From: Octopus vulgaris
Taxonomy: Eukaryota
NCBI GenBank assembly: GCA_951406725.2
Contig: OX597820.1
Coordinates: 79,732,001 to 79,796,000, forward strand
Direction: 5' to 3'
DNA: 64,000 nt
The number at the start of each line of letters is the position of its first letter. The first letter of the stretch is position 1. The notes below the pieces were generated by a model, which was given only the letters and a program-made list of their open reading frames with translations, was not told where the DNA came from and did no database searches. Shown one piece after another: positions 1 to 12,810 of the stretch. The position numbers and the translations under genes are program-made.

Positions 1-152
1 AACGGGCTTCCATAGTTTCCGTTTACCAAATCCTCTCGAAGGCTTTGTTCATCCCGGTGCTATAGTAGAAGACACTTGCCCAAAGTGCCATGCAGTGGGA
101 ACGAACTTGGAAACATGTGGTTGGGAAGCTTACTTCTTAACCACACAGCCAA
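1..152 (-). mobile_element. tRNA-derived SINE family B (CORE-like motif), partial
   Basis: Reverse complement matches the head of the copy at 7424-7830 (ggctgtgtggttaagaag...ggcaagtgtcttctactatagc). Confidence 0.8.
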
Positions 153-1139
153 ACCGGTGTCCATTTGCAAAGAGCAAATTTATTCAAGACATATATCTTT
201 GACTCACTCCTGATGGAATGTTGAGTGGCAAACATGATATGATGAGAATTTCATCAAATAGAGTTTTCGGAAGCATCGTTTCGAATTACTCCATTCATTT
301 CTCATAACGGAATGATTCAGTATAAGAGAGGAATTTTGGAACTGGTTCAGAGACTGAAATGTTTTAGAACATAATAAAACGTTTATAACTGGAATACGAT
401 CAGCTATGTTAGGCATGATATTGTCACATTTAGTTCTATACAAAAATATAAAATGAAAACTTCAAACTGCATTGCATTGATTGTAAAATTGGGGATTTCC
501 ATTAAATAAAGACAAACGGCCTGTTTAGCGTCATAAAAATATACAATTCATGAGTCAAACTCTTACAGATAAAAGAATTTCAACTGTAAAAAGGAAAGCT
601 ATTACATGCGCTAAATCTCCGAAAATTAGTATTGAATCGTGAGGTTTAAAATGAGTTTGTATAAAATGATAAAGCAAATAGTAAAATTTGTTAGAACTTC
701 TGAATAGGTTAATGCATGAAGACTGGAACCAAACGCCAATTCGCACAAAAAGAGTTTTCTATTAAATCAACAATGAATTGCCTGAAGTAATATTTTATCG
801 TTTTTTTAAACGTAGATTCTAAAACAGCTTTAAGAGTCGATTTTAAGCCAATGAATGGAACTAAACGTGGACATATAGGAAGAAAAGAATTTAGTGAATA
901 TTATATCTTTTGTTAGTGACAAACAGTGTCTTTTGAAAGATTCTATGAGAAGGTCTTAGAAAGAGCATGTGATCATTTCCAAATATTCTTTTGGAATTGA
1001 AAAATAGATCACGAACCTCGTCTACATAATATTTTCAAGACAGTTTAGCTGAAGGGTTATGAGACGACAAATGCTTAACCTTTTCATGAAAAGTACGCAA
1101 AAATCATTCAATATCACTGTTTCATTATCGCATCTTAGT

Positions 1140-1545
1140 GAAGGCAGCTAGCTGGCAGAAACGTTAGCACGCCTGTAGAAATGCATAGCGGTATTTCGTC
1201 TGCTGTTACGTTCTGAGTTCAAATTCCGCCAAGGTCGATTTTGCTTTTCTTCCTTTCGGGGGCGATTAAATAAGTACCATTTACGCACTGGGATCGATAT
1301 AATCGACTTAATCCGTTTTTCTGTCCTTGTTTGTCCTCTCTGTGTTTAGCCCCTTGTGGGTAGTAAAGAAATAGAAATAGGTATTTCGTCTGCCGTTACA
1401 TTCTGAGTTCAAATTCCGCCGAGGTCGACTTTGCATTTCATCCTTTCGGGGTCGATAAATTAAGTACCAGTTGCGTACTGGGTCGATTTAATCCACTGGC
1501 CCCCTACCCTCCAAAATTTCAGGCTTTGTGCCTAGAGTAGAAAAG
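1140..1545 (+). mobile_element. Dimeric tRNA-derived SINE family A (Nin/Deu-like domain) with 16-bp TSD
   Basis: A-box-like tggcagaaacgttag, B-box gagttcaaattcc, gactttgc.tttcatcctttcggggtcgataaattaagtacc domain present twice; TSD attatcgcatcttagt at 1124-1139 and 1546-1561. Confidence 0.88.
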
Positions 1546-1649
1546 ATTATCGCATCTTAGTAATGAAAATGGAATTATTCCATATAAAGGTGAATAACAC
1601 AAATTGTTTTAGACAAGAATTGAGTTCCACCCTGAGTGTAACTGGTATA

Positions 1650-2010
1650 ATTGCTAAAACGTTTTCCGTGTTCAAGCAGCTAACTCAATCTTTCGAAAGA
1701 TCTCTGGAATAACTTTACACGACAGGGTGCTTATCGCGGAGATCACGAAGTCTCTCCGGGTCGAGCTGCTGTTTCTCTGCATTGAGACGTCACAATTCGG
1801 ATATTATGGAAATGTGATTAGAATATTAGAGGAAAGAATCCCAAGATGGATCGTTGAAACTGAGCCAATGAACAGGAAACCTGGGGGAAGACCAAGAACA
1901 AAATGGTTGGATAACATCCATAGTCTTAGTTGATCACACTTAGGAATTCAGATGGAAAGTATGACAGTTGTTTCTGATAGGACTCTATCGAGGGGACGGC
2001 TGAGGATTCT
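1650..2010 (+). mobile_element. RTE-clade LINE 3' fragment (decayed)
   Basis: ORF 1727-1933 YYGNVIRILEERIPRWIV...RKPGGRPRTKWLDNI resembles the RTE RT C-terminal GHVxRM..R.P....GRPRxRWxD motif. Confidence 0.7.
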
Positions 2011-2679
2011 ATCCCAGGGAGGATGGATGGTTAGAGAAGAAATATTAGAAAATATTTGGAATGATCAGATTTTAGCAAATTCTTCTCAATTTGAAAGTTC
2101 AAACCGCAATATTAGTTCTGTATGCTAGCAAACATGTCATTCTTAAGGAACTTAGAAATAATCCATTAAGCCTAGGCATTTCAGATTATCAAAGGATCTT
2201 AAGAAGCAAAAGAATTTTGTGTTGTTGTTGCTCTTTTGCCCTGGATTATCAATCATCGAGCAGACTTATGATCGAAAGTGTGTTGTAGCCTTAACCGTCG
2301 CATCTTCTTGCTTGTATACCAGAGAGTATGTTGTTCGATTTTTTAAAAATTCTAGATGGTAGGCTTTGGTTTGAGAGAGATTTTGTTGCCATTTCTAAAA
2401 GGTCTAGCAGCGACGTAGAGACTTCTGTAGGAATCTATGGTGCTCTGGTAACAGATCAAAAAGCAAAAATATTGTGTAAAAAAATGTAATAAATGTCTGA
2501 AAGTTAGACAGCTATAATATTCCATTTCTGGTTGGATTCCAATTATGAAGAGAAATTTGGCTGAACAGTGAAGTACATTTGGTAAATCATATTTTTTAGT
2601 GGGTTTACTTCAGCTTAGAGTATTTCTCTATTAGAAAGTAAATGGTGTACTTTAGTAGACATGGATATAAAATCTGACA

Positions 2680-2835
2680 ATGTAGCTATGTGGTAAGGAG
2701 TTTGCGTCCCAACCACATAATTCCAGGTTCAGTCCCACAGCACGGCACCTTAAGAAAGTGTTTTCTATTATAGCCTCGCTCCGATCAAAACCTTGTGAGT
2801 GGCTTTGGCAGATGGAAACTGAAAGAAGCCCATTG

Positions 2836-2867
<32 letters not shown>

Positions 2868-3120
2868 CATACACACACACATATGTGCATGTGTGTGTCT
2901 GTGTATGTATGTATGTCTGTGTTTTCCCCCATTACCGCTTGTTAACTGGTGTTGGTGTATTTACGCTCACCTAACTTAACGGTTCGGCAAAACGAGACCG
3001 ATTGAATAAGTGTCAGGTTTAAAAAAACGCCTGGGATCGATTCGTTCGGCTAAAAATTCTTCGACGCGGTGCCCTAGCATGGCCGCAGTCAGATGATTAA
3101 CGCAAGTAAAAGGCAAAAAG
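2680..3120 (+). mobile_element. SINE family B, diverged full-length copy
   Basis: Colinear similarity to 7424-7830, including the internal TA/TG tract and gcatggccgcagtc tail. Confidence 0.8.
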
Positions 3121-3231
3121 TGTTAAAAACTAATTTACATTTTATGCTTTCCCTGAATACCGAAACAGTGAAATCTGTATAAAGAATAAGAAATAAATAA
3201 ATAGATAGATAGTTAGGTAAATAAATAAATA

Positions 3232-3510
3232 AACAAGAGCCCTCAGAGAGCGCAAATGTCCGTCAAGGCAAAACCGACGTCTTCCCAACGATTAGCCGGA
3301 GATCATTTTTAAAATGAGAATATCTGAAATAAACTCGACCGCTCTCACAAACGAGAATACTAAAAATGAACAGTTTGTACCAGTTACGAGGTCAAGCATC
3401 CCTGAAAGTTTCGTCCAAATCCATCCAACGGTTCTTGAGATATTCTGTTCGCGGGCAAACAAATACGACTGAAAACAATACACCTGCCTTAGCTAAAGCG
3501 GATGTAATAA
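3232..3510. mobile_element. Non-autonomous Helentron/HINE-like element
   Basis: Begins aacaagag; contains aagtttcgtccaaatccatccaacggttcttgagata; ends in an imperfect hairpin (acctgccttagctaaagcggatgt) plus aataa. Confidence 0.55.
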
Positions 3511-3599
3511 ATATGTATATTCTGTGCGTCATCGTTGTTACTCTTAAAATTAAAATTCAAACAACACACCTGGTCGTAATTTATGATTTAACTAGAAGT

Positions 3600-3930
3600 G
3601 ATTATCTCCTTTACAGTAATTGCATCCAGGGCATTAGGTGTTATTCACAAGTAATTGAAAATATATTATAACCGTTTCTCTCAATTTCATTTGGACTGTG
3701 TAGTTTGTAGAATGGAAATATTATATTATCCGACCACATGTTGCCAGATGGTTACTCAAAGGTATCTGACGGACATCTAGGTCTCTAATGTTTTGTCGGT
3801 GTACACGTGAACATTCTGATAGTGCATTTCCAATCTGACCTACAGTAAATTCAATTTCTGCTTTTGCAGTTAATATTTGTATTTGTGAATATTTTCCCGG
3901 CTTTTGCGTTCATATATTGGCCGGTGTGTG
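3600..3930 (-). mobile_element. Penelope (Neptune-type) GIY-YIG endonuclease fragment, decayed
   Basis: Close nucleotide similarity to 35400-35705 (ggttactcaaaggtatctgacggacatct...cacgtgaac.ttctgatagtgcattt). Confidence 0.6.
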
Positions 3931-3949
3931 TGTATCTATACTCAAACAC

Positions 3950-4102
3950 ACGATGGGCTTCTTTCAGTTTACGCTTACCAAATCCACTTACAAAGCTTTG
4001 GTCTGTCCGAGGCTGCAGTAGAAGGTGCCACGAAGTGGGGGCTGAACCTGGAACCCTGTAGTTGGGAAGCAAGCTTCTTACTACACAACCACGCCTGCGC
4101 CT
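3950..4102 (-). mobile_element. SINE family B head
   Basis: Reverse complement aggcgcaggcgtggttgtgtagtaagaagcttgcttcccaac...gacc aaagctttgt. Confidence 0.75.
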
Positions 4103-4459
4103 AGGATAGTTTTTAAACGAGTGATTACCACGTGATATGTTTGCCAATTTATCATCAGGAGAATTGATGAATTTTAAAGAATTAAATGATAATGATATTA
4201 AGAATTTGGGGGACGAACATAAAAAAACCCATTAGAAATATACATTATTCTAAATGATGCTGTCGTATAGAAATATGACAAATTACGAAAACTGTAACCA
4301 TACTCAGGATATGAGAGGTTTCTAGTCACGTAAGTTAAATCAAAAGTGATAAATAATGAAGAGAAATTACACAAACATAAATATTTTAAAGATGGACAAA
4401 TTAGGATTATTTTTAGACTTGTATTTTTCATTATCATCAATCATTAAAAAAAGATTCTT

Positions 4460-4945
4460 CAATGAGGGTCAGCTGTAAAATTTATAGGCTGACCAATATA
4501 CTCCTCATGGAATGGGACCAAATGAGGTTTTAATTTTTAACATGGTACCCATCGGTGTTCCAGTGATTGGATCCCATTGGTAAAGATTTCATTCTGGTGG
4601 TCAAAAATGTCATCAACAGTAGATATGACGTTATCATCTCCAACCCAGTGTCTTTCATGTTGGGGAACAGGTGATGGTCAGAGGCGGGGGGAGGGGCAAA
4701 TTAGGAGAATAAGGAGGTTCAGCAACCAGTTCAAAGCTACAGCTACGAACAACAGCCATTGAAACCAAAGACTTGTGTGCTGGAACATTTCCCTGATGGA
4801 ACTAAACTCATTTCGCTAGTGTTAGACTTTTGTAACTGCCTCAGCAAGTTGTCATAATACTCCATTGATGGTGACGCCATTTTGAAGATAGTCAATAAAC
4901 ACAATACCTTTTACATTCCCAAAACACTGAGGCTGTCACCTTCCC
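4460..4945. mobile_element. Decayed mariner/Tc1-type DNA transposon remnant
   Basis: Terminus-like gagggtcagctgtaaaatttataggctga and internal sequence recalled as mariner-like; no intact ORF. Confidence 0.4.
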
Positions 4946-5073
4946 TGCATATGTATATATATATGTATTTATGAATATATGAATACACACACAACATATA
5001 CATATAAGTATATATACACTCATATACACTTATATATATATGTATATATATATAGTGTGTGTGCATATATATG

Positions 5074-5155
<82 letters not shown>

Positions 5156-5162
5156 TATATAT

Positions 5163-5455
5163 ATATTAAGGAATGGCCCTGATAGGCCATTCGACTCACT
5201 AGAATATCTATTCCTCCTGGCCTCCTTGCCGATGAGACAAGCCAGTGGTAGATTGACTTGATTAAATTAAATTAAATTTAATTAGGCTAGTTTGCCAAAA
5301 GTACGTCGAAACAATGCATTGTCCAAGGATGATTAGGGTAAATGTTTAAATTTTCCTTTGATTTCTGAATTACTACTATTTAGCGGTTTGAGCTTTGGCT
5401 GCTCTTTCTAGTGAGTCGAATGGCCTATCAGGGCCATTCCTTAATATTGTTGAAA
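5163..5455 (+). mobile_element. Miniature PLE-like element with ~42-bp inverted repeats inside (TA)n
   Basis: atattaaggaatggccctgataggccattcgactcactagaa (5163-5204) is inverted at 5406-5447; (TA)n on both sides; internal HHR fold. Confidence 0.75.
5223..5329 (+). ncRNA. Type I hammerhead-like ribozyme, core CCGAUGA (U4C), long stem II loop
   Basis: tccttg-CCGATGA-gac...gtc-GAAA-caatgcattg-TC-caagga: 6-bp stem I, palindromic stem III, GUC site. Confidence 0.75.
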
Positions 5456-5456
5456 T

Positions 5457-5504
<48 letters not shown>

Positions 5505-5948
5505 CATATGTATGTGTATTCGCGCGCGCATATTCATATGTTAAATAGCTTATACATATACTAATGGAATACATATTCCGTATATTCCATGTTAGTTTGT
5601 GTTCTGCAGTTCATGCACAGAAACAGAAAGAGTTTGAGACGCAATAGAATTTTACCGGAACTAGTTGACGTGCACGAAGTATGTTACGTCATTTCCGCTT
5701 GTCTCTTTTATTGAAGACTCGTTCATGACGGCTCACTGACAATTTTCAATGAATACTGCTTTTTTTCTGTATATTCCTAACATTCCCTTTCTAATCTTCC
5801 TAAATGTTAACCAAAATATATTGCCTTCACCTTTTATTGATCTATTTTCTTTTCTCAATTTTAATAAATATTTCTTTCTCTTCCGTTACGTCCTTCACTT
5901 TACAAAAACGTTTTCTTCTGATTTCCACGCACACACGCACGCACGCAT

Positions 5949-6013
<65 letters not shown>

Positions 6014-6342
6014 AACACACACACACAGAAGATGGCATGTATTAAATGCGTCGACATAACATACATTCCGTATACTTTATATGGATTTGTATCGGAAGAA
6101 CAATTAAATTTTTATTGAAGTTTCTTATATTATTACATCTGCAGATAATTCTATATGGGAAAAGATTTACGATTTATATACATACATTGTTTTAATACTG
6201 TATTGAGATTAAAACAATAAAGACTTCTATATTTTGTTATTGAAGATTTCTCCTAATAATATTTTTAATCATTGGAGATTCTGCGCCATCAAAAAACGGC
6301 GAATCACACATATTTTAAAAGTTAACAATATCCACCACGCGT

Positions 6343-6737
6343 CTAAGTCGTCGAGCTGGCAAAATCTCTAGCACGGCGGGCGAAATGCTTAGCGGTATTT
6401 CGACTGTCTTTACGTTCCGAGTTCAAATGCCGCCGAGGTCGACTTTGCCTTTCATCCTTTCGGGGTCGATAAATTAAGTACCAGTTACGCACTGGGGTCG
6501 ATGTAATCGACTTAATACCTATGTCTGTCCTTGTTTGTCCCCTCTGTGTTTAGCCCCTTGTGGGTAATAAAGAAATAAGTATTTCGTCTGTCTTTACGTT
6601 CCGAGTTAAAATGCCGCGGAGGTCAACTTTACCTTTCATCCTTCCGGGTTTGATAAATTTAGTACCATTTATGTACTAGGGTCGATCTAATCGACTGCCC
6701 CTCTCCCCCGAAATTTCAGCCCTTGCGCCTAGAAAAG
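6343..6737 (+). mobile_element. Dimeric SINE family A
   Basis: Same two-unit layout as 1140-1545; diverged TSD aatatccaccacgc / aatattcatcacgc. Confidence 0.85.
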
Positions 6738-6779
6738 AATATTCATCACGCATATAACTTTAAAAAAAAATCTTTATAT

Positions 6780-7185
6780 TTGATTTAATCATTGGACAAC
6801 GGCCATACTGGGGCACCAGTTTCAAGGGTTTCAGTCGAACAAATCATACCCAGTATTTATCTTCTTTTTTAAAAGTCTGGTACTTATTATATCCGCCCTT
6901 TGTACAGTTATACCGAGTCACTAAGATACGGTGGCGTAAACAGACCAACACCGGTTGTCAAGCGATGGTGCTGGGCAACCACAAAAATCACACACGCGCG
7001 CATAGCCGTATTTTGTCTGTCATTACGTTCTGAGTTCAAATTCCGCCGAGGTCGACTTTGCCTTCCATCGTTTCGGAGTCGATAAATTAAGTACCAGTTA
7101 CGCACTGGGGTCGATGTAATCGACTTAATCCGTTTGTCTGTCCTTGTTTGTCCCCTCTGTGTTTAGCCCCTTGTGGGCAATAAAG

Positions 7186-7190
<5 letters not shown>
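6780..7190. mobile_element. SINE family B tail (minus, 6780-7000) abutting a family A unit (plus, 7005-7190)
   Basis: Similarity to other copies in the window. Confidence 0.7.
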
Positions 7191-7223
<33 letters not shown>

Positions 7224-7423
7224 CACCCTCAGTAATATCATTAAAGGCGCGAAACTGAGTACGACCATTCTGAATGATAACTGATGAAGAATTAAGGATC
7301 CTCTGCGTCTTACACGTTTTTCATCTGTCGTTTTTATTTACAATCGTTTTTTTGCATTTACTAGTAACGGTACGCAAAACACAGCAAACCTTTATATATA
7401 CACACGCATATATACACACACAT

Positions 7424-7830
7424 AGGCTCAAGTGTGGCTGTGTGGTAAGGAGCTTGCTTACTAACCACACGGTTCCGGGTTCAGTCCTACTGCGTGGTAC
7501 CTTGGGAGGATGTCTTGTACTATAGCCTCGGGCCGACCAAAGCCTTGTGAGTTGATTTGGTAGACGGAAACTGAAAGAAGCCTGTCGTATATATATATGT
7601 GCTTATGTGTTTGTGTTTGTGTGTCTGTGTTTGTCCCCCCAACATCTCTTGACAACCGATGCTGGTATATTTACGTCCCCGTTACTTAGCGGTTCGGCAA
7701 AAGAGACCGATAGAATAAGTACTAGGCTTACAAAGAATAAGTCCTGGGGTCGATTTGTTCGGCTAAAAGGCGGTGCTCCAGCATGGCCGCAGTCAAATGA
7801 CTGAAACAAATAAAAGAGTAAAAGAGTATA
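7424..7830 (+). mobile_element. SINE family B, near full-length
   Basis: tRNA-like head gtggctgtgtggtaag...gggttcagtcc, CORE-like ccttggg motif, tail ggtgctccagcatggccgcagtcaaatgactgaaac-(aaagagt)n. Confidence 0.85.
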
Positions 7831-7884
7831 TATCTATACTCACACACACAGACACACACACAGACACACACACACACACACACA

Positions 7885-7922
<38 letters not shown>

Positions 7923-7935
7923 CAAGAGGCATTGA

Positions 7936-8340
7936 CTGTTGGAGTCGACTAAAAAACTCATTCTCTGCTCTCTCCAACGCCGTCGGGAGCGTTTCTTCAT
8001 TTGTGTGATGTGGAAAATATTCCATCAATATTGCACAAATGATGTTGGCATCAATTTTAAAATCCATCGAAGACTTAGCCACTGTGCTGTCTGCCCACTA
8101 CAAAAATCGAACTCGGTACACATAGCAACATTACGTTACAATTACTTTACCTCAATTGGTTCAGCTCTCTTTAATATCATACCAAAATACATCAAAACGG
8201 AAACGGATCCCATAAAATTCAAATGTTCACTGGACAAATATCTTCAAAAAATCTCAGACAAACTTCCTACAACCGGATATGTCTCCAACAATAATAACTC
8301 TTTGCTACAGTGGGCCATGATGCCCCATATATGATTAAAA
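7936..8340 (+). mobile_element. CR1/L2-group LINE 3' end fragment
   Basis: ORF 7939-8334 SLQRRRERF...SALFNIIPKYIK...FKCSLDKYLQ is a typical CR1/L2-group ORF2 C-terminus. Confidence 0.75.
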
Positions 8341-8370
8341 GACTTCACCGAGTGATGCTATCAAAGTTAA

Positions 8371-8401
<31 letters not shown>

Positions 8402-8406
<5 letters not shown>

Positions 8407-8782
8407 CTGAAGTTGTCTGGGTGTATGGCGGGTTTGGTAGCCTTCAACTAACACTATCTCCTCCGAGACCCTGCGGCGCAAGTTGACCAAAATTGAGAAT
8501 ATGATAGAAGAAGGCTTGCTCTTCCTTCCATAGAAGAAAAAATTCAAATCGGACCATGTTAACACCAAAATTTATTTACATCAAAAAGGTCCTTTTTTAC
8601 TATGAAAATCCCTATTTTTTACGATTTTTTGACTGCTGTGTCGCCATTCTTCGGTGTATTTCAACCAGAAAAATGTTCACCTAAAGAGAATAACAAGCTA
8701 CATAATGCAAAATTTTTACTTTTCAAAAATTCTAATTCTAAAGGGTCGAAACAAACCCGAGCAACGCCGGGCGATACTGCTA

Positions 8783-8783
<1 letters not shown>
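8402..8783 (+). mobile_element. Non-autonomous Helitron
   Basis: 3' GC hairpin cccgagcaacgccggg (8756-8771) followed by CTAG (8780-8783) and T; the 5' end is masked by (TA)n. Confidence 0.75.
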
Positions 8784-8834
<51 letters not shown>

Positions 8835-9529
8835 CAAGTTATAGGTAATGGTCATTACATATTTTTCTTTTATTAGACCAAATGTGGCTTACAGCTGTTT
8901 CCAGTAGTCATTATAGGTACGTTACTGTCAGGTTTACTCAATTATTCAATTGATCAGTGACCCATTTTTATTATCTTCGATTGCATTGTTTACACAGACG
9001 CATTCATTTACGAAACAGTGTAACATGCGGTGCTGGCTCTGAGTTCTATAGAAAAATCTATAGTTCACCACTTAAAAAAAATTTATATATAACAAGTAAA
9101 GTCAATCGCCACATCAATATAGCAGAAATGGCCCGAAACCGGTCTCAATTTATATATATTTATATGCATACATATAGATATATATGCATATATGCGTGTG
9201 GGCACACACTGTTACATACACGTACACACAGGCACACACATGTATATATATGTATATACGCAAGCACATACGCACACACATACATGCACACATACATAAG
9301 ACATACGCAGACAAAAGCACATCCATCTTTTTCTATCCTCCGCTGTCCACGTTTCATCCCACACCACGTAATTTTAATGAGAAATGCCATACAGGTCAAC
9401 GGACTTGAATCTCCTTCTCTTCCCAGCTTCTCTGTTTTTCTTTGAAAAAAGATTACTTTCGCAAATGTACAATACTTATCACCATCGTCATCATCATTAT
9501 CATCATCCTCATATTCATCAATATCATTA

Positions 9530-9571
9530 TTGCTGTTGTTATCATTAATATTATTATTGTTGCTGTTGTTA

Positions 9572-9654
<83 letters not shown>

Positions 9655-9665
9655 GTTGTTGTTGT
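9530..9665. repeat. (ATT)n microsatellite
   Basis: Direct reading. Confidence 0.95.
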
Positions 9666-10074
9666 TTGTCTTGCGTGAAATTGTTATTATATAAAGTCTA
9701 GTCGTGTTTTGATATTAATTTATCGGTGGTTTGTTTTGCCTCAAAGATTTGTGTTGTGTGTGTGTGTGCGCGCGTGTGTGTGTGTGAATGTGTGTATGTG
9801 TGTGTGCATGCGTGTGTATTATTGATTATAGTTAAAAATACCTTGTAGGACAGTCTGTCTTCTCAAAGTATTTACATATTGCAGAATAAAGATAAAAGAA
9901 TGTATGGATTCATATTTAGATCGATAATATAATATACAGGAATGGATGACGAGTAAAACAAAATACGAAAACATTCGAAAATATAGACAGATTGTCCATT
10001 TTGTAGGAAATCCAATATTTTATATATTTTCTCTTAATAAGGTTCATATTCCTAGTGGAAGCACTTTTATAAAC

Positions 10075-11152
10075 CTATGTACACATGTGTGTGTGTATGT
10101 ATGTACACATGTGTATGTATGTATGCATGCATGTATGTATGTATGCATGTACATATATGTATGCACGTATGCTTGTATGCATGCATGTATGCACGTACAT
10201 ATATGTATGTATGCATGTATGTATGTATGTATGTATGTATGTATGTATGCATGTATGCATGTATAGATGTATGCATGTATGTATGTATGTATGTATGCAT
10301 GCATGCATGTATGTATGTATGTATGTATGTATGTATATATGTATGCATGCATGTATGTATGTAACTATGTATGCATGTATGTACGCATGTACATATATGT
10401 ATGTATGTATGCATGTATGCATGTACATATATGTATGTATGCATGTATGTATGCATGTACATATATGTATGTATATATGCATGCATGTATGCACATATGT
10501 ATATATGTATCTATGTATGTACATATATGTATGTATGCATGCATGCATGTATGCATGTATGTATGTATGCATTCATGTATGCATGTACATATATGTATGT
10601 ATGCATGTATGTATGTCTGTACATGTGTGTATGTATGTATGTACACACGTGTATGTTTGCATACATGTGTATGTATGTACACGTGTGTATGTATGTTCAC
10701 ATGTGTATGTATGTATGTAAAGGGTAAAGACCCCCTTCGGTCATGAATGACCATGGGATTGCACCTAGAAAGTTATCCTCCTAGACACAAGTCCGGGCAA
10801 GGTTGTTTATGGAAGACCAGCAGTCGCCCGTGCATACCAGCCTCCCCTCTCCACGCCACCAGTGTTATCCAAGGGAAAGACAAAGGTCGATACAGCTTGG
10901 CACCAGTGACGTCGCAGCTCATTTCTACAGCTGAGTGAACTGGAGCAACGTGAAATAAAGTGCCTTGCTCAAGAACACAACACACATGTGTATATATGTA
11001 TGCACATGTGTATGCATTTATGTACACATATATGTGTGTATGTATACAAGTGTATATATGCATGCAGATGTGTGTATGTATGTATGTATGTATGTATGTA
11101 TGTACACATGTGTATGTATGTGTATGTATGTACGCATGTATGTATGTATATA
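10075..11152. repeat. (TATG/CATG)n compound microsatellite interrupted by a SINE
   Basis: Direct reading; source of many spurious ORFs. Confidence 0.9.
10718..10982 (-). mobile_element. SINE family D (V/Meta-like central domain), 5'-truncated
   Basis: Reverse complement gtgttcttgagcaaggcactttatttcacgttgctccagttcactcagctg; related pieces at 23555-23845, 36215-36356, 60500-60645. Confidence 0.65.
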
Positions 11153-11153
11153 G

Positions 11154-12740
11154 GTAGATTTGTATATTTTGTTTTATGTATGTATTCTCATGCATATAGT
11201 TGCATATCTAGACATGCTCATATGTATCTAAATGATAAACGTCCAGAAAGGGAGTGTGTTACATATCCCGGGGCTCCAATAATTACAGGTATAAACCTGA
11301 ACTTGTACTCTGGATAGAGTAACTGCAGATTTCTCAATAGTTCAGCATAGGTGTTCTCTCTTTCACTGATCTTCAGTCTTATGTTAACATCCGCTGGGCA
11401 GCTGATTTCCACAATTGTGCACAGTTTCTCTTCTCTATCCCAAATCATTATATCAGGTCTGTGCTACTTACATTTTATTGATGTCTTCACAGGGACATTC
11501 CACCAGTACTCCTTTTTATTATGAGTGGCTACGGCTTCTACCATATTGTGGGTACTTATTTCTTCGGAGATATCGACGGATTTCATTATCGAGTGTTCTA
11601 GTTACAACATCGTGTCTCATCAGTAGATAATACCGTGATGACATTTTCAGACAACTGCTTATGATGTGGGTCATATCTTCGGTGTCAACTCCACAAAGTC
11701 TGTATCGGTTGTCACATTTTACTGCTTTTTCTGCATTTCCATCCCTTTTGTGCACCAGATATTTGGTTGACATTTCCTGTTCCTGTATTGCAAACGCATA
11801 CCCTTCAAAGTGGAAAGTAGTAATCCGGTTATTGGTCCATGATAGACCACTTTGATGATCAATGTTACTATCATCTCGGAGCTTTCTATTAACATATCCA
11901 TGAATAGTCTTCTGCTCATATATACTCATCCTTTCATCTAATGATATGTTACAGGTGAGCCCTGCGGTTTCTTTGGGCATGTATAAAAGGTTATCAGAGA
12001 AGGAATATTGCTCAAGGAGATGCCTTCCTGGTCTTATAATATTATCACCCTCATGTATGCCTACTTGGTCAAGGGATGCACTTCAACACTTGGTGGTTAA
12101 AAGATATTGCCGAAGGGATATGATACGACATTCAAAGGCATTTTTGATCGATGTTAAGCCTCTGCCGCCCAGCTTCGTTTTAGGTAGATGCGGTCTACGT
12201 CATTGTTTATGTGGAAATTATGTGTGCTTGTTAATATTTTTTGGGTTTTCACATCAATGGGTCGGATCTCATCAAGTGTCCAATCAAGCAGCCCAAATGT
12301 TGTTATGAGTACTGGCACTGCAAACGCAACGTGGGCCACTGTTTTATTGAATGCAGAGAGTTCTGAGGTCTAAATTTTCTTTATTCAGCTGTAATATTCT
12401 TTAGTGACGCATGTTGTTACAGGTGCCATTGTAAGATATGCTTTCATCCACCCCTAGATACTTGTAACATTCCTCGTCAGATATAAGGGAAACAGTGAAG
12501 TCATTGATGGGGATGCTGCTAGTCTGGTTTACAGTTTTCTCCCTTTTCATAACCATATAACAACATTTATCCTGACCAACCTCGAACCCTACATCCTTTG
12601 AATCCTTTGAGAATGTTGTAACTAGGTCAAGGCTCTTTTTCATCTCACGCATATTCTTTGCATAAAGTTTTAAAACATCCACAAAGAAACAGTATTTAAT
12701 TTTGGTATTCCTGTTTCCTTGTGAACCAGTGAGATATCCT
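11154..12740 (-). mobile_element. R4/Dong-clade non-LTR retrotransposon (RT + CCHC + restriction-like endonuclease), 5'-truncated and frameshifted
   Basis: ORF pieces MDVLKLYA..YKYLGV; DRIYLKRS; AIQEQ..RLCG..THIISSC..RHDVV; (PD)IMIWDRE..IVEISCP..YAEL..IPVIIGAPG. Confidence 0.85.
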
Positions 12741-12810
12741 GTATGTATGTATGTATGTATGTATGTATGTATGTATGTATGTATGTATGTATGTATGTAT
12801 GTATGTGTGT

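Noticed and set aside
5660-5710. CRE-like ttacgtca next to ETS-like tttccgc as a promoter
   Set aside because: Short motifs expected by chance; no linked gene or other promoter evidence
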